Source: an uncultured Gemmatimonadaceae bacterium
Lineage (GTDB): Bacteria; Gemmatimonadota; Gemmatimonadetes; Gemmatimonadales; Gemmatimonadaceae
DNA: 64,000 nt
Direction: 5' to 3'
Assembly: GCA_963781585.1 (NCBI GenBank)
Contig: CAWAGQ010000006.1
Coordinates: 256,001 to 320,000, forward strand
In this document: one piece after another, positions 48,097 to 56,378 of the stretch
How the letters are laid out: the number at the start of each line of letters is the position of its first letter
How positions within the stretch are numbered: position 1 is the stretch's first letter
Translations under genes and position numbers: made by a program
Notes under the pieces: model-generated
What the model saw: the letters and a program-made list of their open reading frames with translations, nothing else
Told to the model about the DNA's origin: nothing
Databases searched by the model: none

Positions 48097-49422
48097 GTGT
48101 TCATCGACAGGGCCACGCTCCTCGATCTCGAGATCTTCGCCACCTCGGCTGGAAGTGGCCTCACCCTGTTCTCGTTGATCGACCGAACGCGCACCGAAGT
48201 TGGCCGACAGCACCTTCGACGGAGACTGGGCGCGCCGGCCGAAAGCGCTGACGAGATTGCGGCTCTCCAGGGAGCGCACCAGGCGATCGCCGCGGCCCGG
48301 GATGCGTTTCGAGCGTGCCTTGATCGCGCCGGTCTGGATGATGCCCTGCGCTACCTGAACTCACGCTGGCAGCTACCCTCCGCGCGGAATTGGATCAGTC
48401 GGGCGGGCACCAGTTTCTGGCTCGGCCTTGGGTACTCAGCGTATCTGCGAGACATCCGGAAAGGTCGGGATGATATCGTCGGTCTCGTGCGGGCTGCGTA
48501 CGAAATCCGTCGGCGGTTGGGGAGCAGCAGCAATGCGCTCCTGGGCCAGGTGGCCGCCGCACTCGCCGGGCACATTGATTCGCCGGAGTGCAGGGATATC
48601 CTGCGAATCGGCGCGAAACGCAGTGGGGCCTCCCGGCTGGCCTTTGATCAGCTCGCGCGCGGCGCAGCGAAGGAACGACTTCTCGGTCTTGCCGATCGTC
48701 TGGGATACCTCGAGTCGTTGTGGAGCGTCGCCGCGGCCACGATCGAGCATGGATGGACCTATCCAGCAGCCGGTGAGTCACTTCGTCTGTCTGGCCTCAC
48801 GCATCCGTTTCTGGGGCCCCACGCGGTCGCCAACGACTTCGACCTCGGTTCCACGGCGCGTGTCTGCTTTCTGACCGGACCAAACATGGCGGGCAAGTCC
48901 ACATTCCTCAAAGCGGTGGGCGTCGCGATGGTGCTCGCGCAGATCGGTTCGGGTGTGCCGGCTGCAGCGATGGAGTTCCCGCCGGTGCGGACCGTATTCT
49001 CGAGCGTCCAGATCGCCGACAGTCTCAGCACGGGTGAGAGTTTCTATCTGGCGGAGGTCCGCCGCATTCGTGGACTGGCTGAGGCGGTTCGCGACTACGG
49101 GTCGGCGGTGGCCGTGGTCGATGAGCCGTTCCGGGGAACGAATGTCCATGATGCCACAGAGGCGACGCTGGCGGTCATGAGACGTCTGGCAGGACACCCG
49201 TTGGTGGTCACCATCGTGGCCTCACACCTTGGGGAGATCGGTCCACTCGTTGCGAACGACCCGCGCATCCTGTCGCTCCATTTCGCCGCCGATCTCAGCG
49301 ACGAGTCGCCTCGATTTGATTTCCAGCTCCGGGACGGCGTGTCCCATCAGAGACTCGGGATGCTCCTCCTGGAGCAGGAGCGGGTGCTTGAGCTGTTGGA
49401 GCAGTCGGCGTCCGCGGCCTAA
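48097..49422 (+). CDS. MutS domain V (ATPase)-containing protein lacking the mismatch-recognition domain
   Basis: FIDRATLLDLEIF start; LTGPNMAGKSTFLK, GESFYLAEVRR, VDEPFRGTN, ASH, LRDGVS. Confidence 0.9.
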   Translation: MFIDRATLLDLEIFATSAGSGLTLFSLIDRTRTEVGRQHLRRRLGAPAESADEIAALQGAHQAIAAARDAFRACLDRAGLDDALRYLNSRWQLPSARNWISRAGTSFWLGLGYSAYLRDIRKGRDDIVGLVRAAYEIRRRLGSSSNALLGQVAAALAGHIDSPECRDILRIGAKRSGASRLAFDQLARGAAKERLLGLADRLGYLESLWSVAAATIEHGWTYPAAGESLRLSGLTHPFLGPHAVANDFDLGSTARVCFLTGPNMAGKSTFLKAVGVAMVLAQIGSGVPAAAMEFPPVRTVFSSVQIADSLSTGESFYLAEVRRIRGLAEAVRDYGSAVAVVDEPFRGTNVHDATEATLAVMRRLAGHPLVVTIVASHLGEIGPLVANDPRILSLHFAADLSDESPRFDFQLRDGVSHQRLGMLLLEQERVLELLEQSASAA

Positions 49423-49450
49423 CGGCCAATTGGATTGGACGCGCCAAGCC

Positions 49451-50772
49451 TCAGCGGCTCCGGTCGGGTTCACTGTCCCGCACCACCCGCTCCGCCACCC
49501 GCCACCCCGACCCAATCGCCCCGTCCACCGTGCCATTCCACCCGCGGGCCGCCGTGTGCTCGCCCGCGAAATACACCGTTCGTTCAACAGATCGTGCCAG
49601 CGCGGCGGCCGCCCCGGTACCTCCGACGCGCGAGTAGCTGTAACAGCCCCGCGAGAACGGATCGTTGCTCCAGTCGCGCGTGAATGCCGCGCGCACACGA
49701 TGCGACATCGTCCGGCGCGTTATGCCGAAGAGTGCCGCGGCCCAGCGAATGGCGGCATCGATCACTGCGTCGCGACTCTCACGCCCCAGAGCCCGCGCTG
49801 CCGGCCCGCCGCACCAGCCAACGAGCAGTGGCGCGAGAACGGGGTAGGGTGTCCACCACACCGGGAACGACTCGGACGATTGCGAAAACACGAACGCCAT
49901 GTCATCGCCGTGACTGCCACCGCGCTTCCTGCCGAATTCCGGCGAATCCCAGAACGGCTCGTCGAGCTGCAGCGCCACGCGCACGGCTGCGCCCATCGCC
50001 AGCCCCCGCATCGCGCGCTCCGCCGAAGCCACCGGCGGATCGAACGCGATGCGACCCCCGGCGCCGGCGCGGTCAACACGCCGAGTGGCGCGGTGACGAT
50101 GACGGCCCGCGCCGAGAACTCGCCTAGCGGCGCCCCACTGGGTGACTCGGCCGAAACCACTACATCGCCCGCGCGCCAGCGCACGCGAGTCACCGCGGCA
50201 CCGAGTCTGATGCGACCATCCACGGAAGAGGCAAGCGCGTGAACCACGCTGTCATATCCTCCGAGCACGCGCCCGATGCGCTGCTCACGCGCATCTGCGT
50301 GCCGGCGTCCCTTCATGATCCCCTCGGCGAGTGACCGCTCGCTGATGACTTCGGGGTCCGCCGCGTGGAAGCCCTCCACATACTGCAGGGCCAGTCGCCG
50401 GTCCGCGCTGCTCACCGACCGCATGCGTGCGACCGCGTCGGCGAACGAGCGATCCGGCCACCGCCCGGCCTCCAGTCGACGCAGCACGTGATAGAGACCC
50501 GCCCAGAAGTCATCGGCCGGGCGCAGCCGCCCACGTGCACCGATCCAGCGGCTTCCGGGAATGTCGACGATGCCTAACGCGGCATCGCGCGCGATCCGGC
50601 TCACCTGGGGTGTCGCTCCCGTGCGCGAACTCCGCCCCGAGCTCGACCGGGACGGCGAGACCTGGCTCGCGGTGGGTCCATACGCGTCCGCCGATCCGGT
50701 CCCGCGCCTCGAGCACGATGACGCTGCGTCCCGCGGCGACCAGCCGCTGCGCGGCAGCCAGACCCGCGGCGG
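49451..50772 (-). pseudogene. Flavin monoamine oxidase-family FAD oxidoreductase, 5'-truncated with two frameshifts
   Basis: Segments in three ORFs: AAGLAAA..VLEARDRIGGRVWT..VELGAEFAHG / YVEGFHAADP..VIVTAPLGVL / DWSNDPFSRGCYSY..YFAGEHT..GTVDGAIGSG; frameshifts near 50619 and 50057. Confidence 0.85.
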
Positions 50773-51307
50773 TCTCATCACCTGGACCGCGTCTCGTGGC
50801 GTGCTGGGTGACCAGATAGACCGCCACGTCCCAGGCATTATGGATGCCGATGAAGAGGAGCATCAGCACCACCGCGGCCACCACCACGAGCGCAACGTCC
50901 AATGAGGTGTGGAGCATGAGAGCGCCGACCAGCAACATCACATGGGCCGCGAGCGGCAGAATCACGTGCCAGGTCCAGTCCTCGGCGTCGGCGGCATATC
51001 CTTCGACCCTGCGCATCCGGACGGCGGCCCGCACGCCGGAGGTAATACCGCCGGCCGCGCTGCCACCGAGACAGACGGACAGGCTCAGGACCCGGTGCAA
51101 TGGAATCGTCATGATCCCGGCAATCAGCAGCACGATGGCGAAGTGTCCAACCGTGGGCGTGGAGAACGCGCCCACGCCGTCGGACGAGGAGCCGTCGATG
51201 CGCCCCGCCGCGAGCGCGATGACGACGAACATCAGGCCCGTGAGCGCTGCCCCGGCCGAGCCGGTGATGACGTAGAAGGTGTCCCACTCGTGGAGGGAAA
51301 GCGGCAC
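50773..51307 (-). CDS. Conserved small integral membrane protein (about 5 TM); lacks its own stop and reads into the oxidase remnant
   Basis: W.TFYVITGSAGAALTGLMFVVI...FSTPTVGHF...EDWTWHVILP...IGIHNAWD; the ORF continues to 50510. Confidence 0.8.
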
Positions 51308-51409
51308 GTTACCTGGCTATCGGGGTTGCGGGTCGGCTAAAGACAACACGCAATTCGCCTCGAAGCAAGCCGAGGCGCGGGCATCCTTCGCGCCAGCCGG
51401 GCCGCGTTC

Positions 51410-52063
51410 TCAGAGAGCGCCGAGCGCGCGCAGATCGCGGGTCTCCAGCACGCGCCTGGAAGCACCGTCCCGCGCGACACGGATCATCGCGCGCCCTAGC
51501 TCCTCGGTGCTGATCACGGTATTCGGTGCCATCGCCTGCACCAGCGGCAAGAGCGGGCGAAGGACGGCGTAACTGATCCGCGTCCAGCGCGTCTTCGAGA
51601 CTTCGCCGTGCACCGGGCGGAGCGCGCTCAGCCGGATCATGTACGCCGAAGGAAACAAGGCCAGCAACGCGGCTTCGGTGCGCCCCTTCACCTGCGCCCA
51701 CATCGCTTTTCCGCCGGTGCCCGCGCCCGAGACGTACAGGAATGTCATCGACGGGTTGATCCGCGCCAGCGCGTTCGCCCAGCCCATCGTGAGATCAAAG
51801 GTCAGGCGAGTGTAGTCGGCCTCGTTCATGCCAGCCGACGAAACGCCAAGGCAGAAGAAGCAGGCGTCATACCCGTGCAGATCTTCGCCGGTGACGGTGA
51901 AATCGAACAGGTCCCTGCGAACCAGTTCCCGCAACTTCGGGTGCGCCCGGCCGATGGGGCTGCGGCCGATCGCGAGCACACGCTCCACGCCGTCGTCCAC
52001 CAGACATTCGCGCAGGACGGCCTGCCCGACCATGCCGGACGCACCAAAGAGAACTACCTTCAT
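51410..52063 (-). CDS. NAD(P)-binding Rossmann protein (atypical SDR/epimerase-like)
   Basis: MKVVLFGASGMVGQAVL, YDACFFCLGVSS, FLYVSGAG, MWAQVKGRTE. Confidence 0.9.
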   Translation of the reverse strand: MKVVLFGASGMVGQAVLRECLVDDGVERVLAIGRSPIGRAHPKLRELVRRDLFDFTVTGEDLHGYDACFFCLGVSSAGMNEADYTRLTFDLTMGWANALARINPSMTFLYVSGAGTGGKAMWAQVKGRTEAALLALFPSAYMIRLSALRPVHGEVSKTRWTRISYAVLRPLLPLVQAMAPNTVISTEELGRAMIRVARDGASRRVLETRDLRALGAL

Positions 52064-52227
52064 GCCGGTCTCCCTTTGCCGGGACCAGATCACATGTGAG
52101 CGCCCGGTGAGCGCACTCAAACAGATCCGATCCTGCCTCCCGTGAGGACGAACGTGTGGAGAATCCGCGATCGTCCGGGTCACCGCAATAGCTTGTAGAG
52201 CGTGATCGGGGGCTCACGTCCTCGCGG

Positions 52228-52450
52228 GACTTTCCGGTCGGAAGAACGCGTGCGACAGTGGTGCTCGAGTCGAGGTGGGTCGATAGGGCCGATCGTGACG
52301 ATGCCGCAGCTTTGGGGTCTGGCGACGCACTGGTACGCCAGCAGGCTGTCGCCCGACGCCAGACGACCAGGGGCCGCCGAGATGCGTGGCATCTTTGCTT
52401 CGCTCGGGTTGACCGGTCCGTTCTGGGACCCCGAACCACGAAAGTCATAG
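52228..52450 (+). pseudogene. C-terminal remnant of a MerB-like (alkylmercury lyase family) gene
   Basis: FRSEERVRQWC...G...QLWGLATHWYASRLSPDARRP...EMRGIFASLGLTGPFW; no N-terminal half upstream. Confidence 0.55.
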
Positions 52451-52470
52451 CAGTGGTGGCGTCCATTGCG

Positions 52471-52749
52471 ATGAGCGCGCGATACGGAGTTCGCTTTTCC
52501 GCGAAACTGTTCCGATACCCCGGCAAAGGCGGCTGGTATTTTGCGCCAGTGCCGAAGCGGCTGGCGCCGCCTGTCACGCACGCATGGGGGCGCACTCCGG
52601 TCCGGGCGACCGTGGACGGCTACGCGTGGCAGACGAGTGTGTGGCGCGCCAGGGACGGCCGGACCCTGCTCGCCGTGCCCAAGCGCGCCCGTGGCACAAA
52701 AGGACATGGCGACTCCGTGAGGGTCGAGCTGGCGTTCTCGGCGCTCTGA
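52471..52749 (+). CDS. DUF1905 domain protein
   Basis: FSAKLFRYPGKGGWYF..VP...WGRTPVRATVDGYAWQTSVW...LLAVPK..R...GDSVRVEL. Confidence 0.85.
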   Translation: MSARYGVRFSAKLFRYPGKGGWYFAPVPKRLAPPVTHAWGRTPVRATVDGYAWQTSVWRARDGRTLLAVPKRARGTKGHGDSVRVELAFSAL

Positions 52750-52822
52750 GGTCGGTGGGGCCGAAGGCGCGATCGTTAGGCACCCAGCCGCGCATGGCCG
52801 TCCGCAGCACGTGCGGCGCCAC

Positions 52823-53818
52823 TCAGTTCCCGGTCACCATCCCCACCATCTTCACCACCTCGAAATCCGACCCGTGCAGCCGCTTGATCGTGTCGATGTT
52901 CGCGTCGTTCCACCGCGGGTCGGGAGCGCCGCTCACGAAGAAACCGCTCCCGTTATCGGCGAGGATCATCCCGTACTTCCTGAGCGCCGTGAGGATCACG
53001 CGCACCTCGGGCGGAAAGCCCGAGAGGTCGACGTTCGCCTTGAGGCGCACACGCATCCCCATCGGCGGCAGGTTCAGATCGGTACGGCTGCTGGCGTAGT
53101 GGCGCGCCGGCGGCAGATACGCGCGCCGCGTCGTGGGGCAGGTGAAGCGGATCGCATGCGTAATCACGCCGGCGGTCACAGCCTCGTCGAACCTGACGAG
53201 TCCGGCGAAGATGGGGAGCCCCGCGGCGTCGGCCGAGGTCCATCCCGCAGGGCGGATGGCGTCCGACGCCAGGTCGAAGACGGCCCCTGAGCCGGCGGTC
53301 CAGCGCGCACCGCCGCTCACCGGATGCGCGTCGAACAGCTCGTATAGCATCCAGTGATCGACGTCCACGACGAGTACGTGGCGGTCGCCGGTGGACCCGG
53401 CCCCGCCCTCGACAGGCGCGTCGGCAGGGATGGGATACGGTCCGGGGTCGCTCTCGTCGGCGTAGTCGAAGGTGACGGGCACGCGCGGCTGCGTGCCGTG
53501 CACGGTGACGAAGGGGATCCCCCATGGCACTCCGTCGTACTCGGTGCCGAAATCGGGGTGCAGGCTCTTCGTCGCGCCGCAGGCGGCGATGAGATTGTCC
53601 GAGTTGGGGTCAACCGCGTCGGCCGAGATGTCGCGATTCCACGGATTGTCGGCAGGGAAGACCGTGCGCGATGGCAGTGCCGGCGGGGTTCCGCCGGTGT
53701 GGTTGGTGGTGTCGGCGGGGCCGGTGGAGTCCGTGCTGGACCTCGCACATGCGGCGAGCGCGATGAGCACGAAACCACGGGCCGCACATTGGGAGGCGGA
53801 GAGGAGCGAGCGACGCAT
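52823..53818 (-). CDS. Conserved hypothetical lipoprotein
   Basis: Lipobox LAAC; FPADNPWNRDIS, ESDPGPYPIP, GDRH, LYELF, WTSADAAGLP, HAIRFT, PPMG, KYGMILADNG. Confidence 0.8.
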   Translation of the reverse strand: MRRSLLSASQCAARGFVLIALAACARSSTDSTGPADTTNHTGGTPPALPSRTVFPADNPWNRDISADAVDPNSDNLIAACGATKSLHPDFGTEYDGVPWGIPFVTVHGTQPRVPVTFDYADESDPGPYPIPADAPVEGGAGSTGDRHVLVVDVDHWMLYELFDAHPVSGGARWTAGSGAVFDLASDAIRPAGWTSADAAGLPIFAGLVRFDEAVTAGVITHAIRFTCPTTRRAYLPPARHYASSRTDLNLPPMGMRVRLKANVDLSGFPPEVRVILTALRKYGMILADNGSGFFVSGAPDPRWNDANIDTIKRLHGSDFEVVKMVGMVTGN

Positions 53819-53991
53819 CGCCGTGAAAGTTAGGCAGCCTCGGCTGCGACGAAGCTGACCGGGCGCACAGCGCCATTGCGGCGCGGATCACCGTCCCGGA
53901 TGATGGCCGGTGAATCAAATGACGGTGCCTCGGCCGCGGCTCCCACTTCACGCTCGCCGATTCGCCGTCGCGGACGCCGCCGCTCTCAGTC

Positions 53992-56250
53992 CTACGACAG
54001 GTTCATCTTCTTCAGCAGCGCGATGAACCGCGGATGCGAGCGCAGCGTGATAAAGAGAAACGACCCCTTGATGCCGTACACGGCGCCCGCTTGCTCCTCG
54101 AACGCACGCTCCAGCAGGTCGATGGCCCGCTCCCGGTCCCCCAGACCGGTGTGCACGTAGGCCATGTGGTACGGTGACACATATCTCTGGGCGGCCATGG
54201 ACTCCAGTCGCTGGAGCACGTCGCGGCTCTTCGCCGTCTGGCCCGCCATCCCGTACGCCTGCCCCAGCTGCGCAAGAAAGAGCGTGTTATCCGGCGAGAG
54301 CATCGCGGCGCGTTCGAGCTCGGCGATGCCGCGCTCGTGCATCCCCTGGAGAAACAAGGCCCACGCGAGCGTGGCCCTCGCCCGCGCGTTCTGCGGGTCG
54401 AGGTGGACGACCTGTTCGATATTCGCCACCGCGTCTTCGTACCGACCGGCACGGATCAGCGTCGTGGCGAGATCCACCCGATGCGCCAGGGGGTCCAGCT
54501 GCTGGGCTCTCCGGAGCACGTCCAGCGCCTCGTCGAAACGTCCGGTGGCATTGAGCAGCCGGCCATAGTAGTCGTGGGCATCGGCGCTCCCGGGATTCAG
54601 GTCGAGGGCACGCCTGAATTCCCCCTCGGCGCCGCTCCAGTCGAAATCGCCGACCACGTGGAGATAGCCGAGCGCGGCGTGGGCTTCGCCCAGTTCGTCA
54701 TCCAGGGAGAGCGCCGCCGTCAACGCGGTACGGGAGGCTGCGTAGCTTTCCGCGGGGTCCGCCGCGCCGCCCTCGGCGAGCTCGTTATGCGCGATGGCGA
54801 TGCTGGTGTATGCGAGGGCGTAGTCCGGATCGAGCGCGATGGCCTGCCGGAAGTACTCGATGCTCTTGCGCAGACCCTCGTGGGTGTACCGGATCAGCCA
54901 GTGCCGCCCCTGCAGGTACAGCTGATAGGCCGGGAGATTGGTGGTGGGCTCACGGCCGATGCGGTTTCGTTCGTCCGCGGACAGCCCGGCGCGCAGGGAT
55001 CGCGCGATGTGCAGTGCCACGTCGGTCTGGATCGCGAAGATATCCGTAAGCTCCCGATCATAGGTCTCGGACCAGATGTGCTGCTCGGTTCCCGGGTCGA
55101 TCAGGTGCGCGACGATTCGCACGCGGGCGCCGGCTCGCCGCACGCTGCCGTCGAGCACCGTGCCGACGCCGAGCCGGGCGGCAATCTCGCGAAGGCCGTG
55201 TTCCCGCTTCTTGAACGGCATGACCGATGTCCGCGAGATCACCTCGATCGCGCGGACCTTCGAGAGGTGCGTGATCACGTCCTCGGTAATGCCGTCGGCG
55301 AAGTACTCGTTCTCGGGGTCGGCGCTCAGATTCAGGAACGGCAGGACGGCCACCGAGTGGGCACGCACCCGACCAGCGTCCGGCGCCGACAGTGCCTCGG
55401 CGAAAGAAATGGTGGACGCGTATCGATCCGCCGGCACGCGGGCCAGCGCCCTGGTGATGGCCCGCTCGACGGCCGCGGGCACCTCGGGGCGGAGGCGGCG
55501 CACCGACGGCACGGGGTCCGTCAGGCGCTTCGTCATTACCGCGAGTGTCGTGGGCCCGGTGAACGGAGGCTCGCCCGCCAGCATCTCGTACAGCACGCAG
55601 GCAAGCGCGTACACGTCGCTGCGCGCGTCGACCGCCGGGTCACCGGCGGCCTGCTCGGGACTCATGTAGGCCGCGGTGCCGACCACCATGCCGGCGCCGG
55701 TCAGGTTCTGGTCGGTCGTCGACAGCGCCCGCGCGATGCCGAAGTCGGCGACCATCGCTTCCCCTTCGTGGATCAGGATGTTCTCCGGCTTCACATCGCG
55801 ATGCACGAGCTGCCGGGCGTGCGCATGATCGAGCGCCGACGCGACCTGCCTGGTGATGCGAAGCGCCTCGTCGACCGGCAGCTGGGTCTCACGTTCGAGT
55901 CGGGCGCGCAGGGACTCGCCACGCACGTACGGCATGACGTAGAAGAGCAGGGGCCCCTCTCCCGCGCCCTTCGTCGTCCCCACAAGGCTCACGTCGATTT
56001 CGCCCGAATCGTACAGGGGGAGGATGTGCGGGTGATTGAGGCTGGCCGCGATCTGAATTTCGCGGTGAAAGCGCTCCGCCCCCAGGGCGGACGCGATCTC
56101 GGGCTTGAGGACTTTCAGCGCGACCTGACGGTTGTGCTTCAGGTCATGCGCCAGGTACACCGTCGCCATTCCGCCGCTGGCGACCTCGCGCTCGATCGCG
56201 TAGCGCTCGGCGATCGCGCGCGTGAAGGGATGCGATGGGGCGGACGACAT
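53992..56250 (-). CDS. Ser/Thr protein kinase with TolB-like (FlgO-like) and TPR domains
   Basis: GGMATVYLA, VALK, HRDVKPEN, DFG, GTAAYMSPEQ; SVAVLPFLNLS..EYFADGITED; TPRs. Confidence 0.95.
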   Translation of the reverse strand: MSSAPSHPFTRAIAERYAIEREVASGGMATVYLAHDLKHNRQVALKVLKPEIASALGAERFHREIQIAASLNHPHILPLYDSGEIDVSLVGTTKGAGEGPLLFYVMPYVRGESLRARLERETQLPVDEALRITRQVASALDHAHARQLVHRDVKPENILIHEGEAMVADFGIARALSTTDQNLTGAGMVVGTAAYMSPEQAAGDPAVDARSDVYALACVLYEMLAGEPPFTGPTTLAVMTKRLTDPVPSVRRLRPEVPAAVERAITRALARVPADRYASTISFAEALSAPDAGRVRAHSVAVLPFLNLSADPENEYFADGITEDVITHLSKVRAIEVISRTSVMPFKKREHGLREIAARLGVGTVLDGSVRRAGARVRIVAHLIDPGTEQHIWSETYDRELTDIFAIQTDVALHIARSLRAGLSADERNRIGREPTTNLPAYQLYLQGRHWLIRYTHEGLRKSIEYFRQAIALDPDYALAYTSIAIAHNELAEGGAADPAESYAASRTALTAALSLDDELGEAHAALGYLHVVGDFDWSGAEGEFRRALDLNPGSADAHDYYGRLLNATGRFDEALDVLRRAQQLDPLAHRVDLATTLIRAGRYEDAVANIEQVVHLDPQNARARATLAWALFLQGMHERGIAELERAAMLSPDNTLFLAQLGQAYGMAGQTAKSRDVLQRLESMAAQRYVSPYHMAYVHTGLGDRERAIDLLERAFEEQAGAVYGIKGSFLFITLRSHPRFIALLKKMNLS

Positions 56251-56378
56251 TGTGCGAATAGTGTTCGACGACCCTGGGGGTCGGGAAGAGCTGAACGAGG
56301 CGAACACGACGTCGTGCGGAAGCGGCTTGTCCGTGACGCAGGGCCCGGTCTTCCATCCCGCGACCTGCTGACCGCCGC

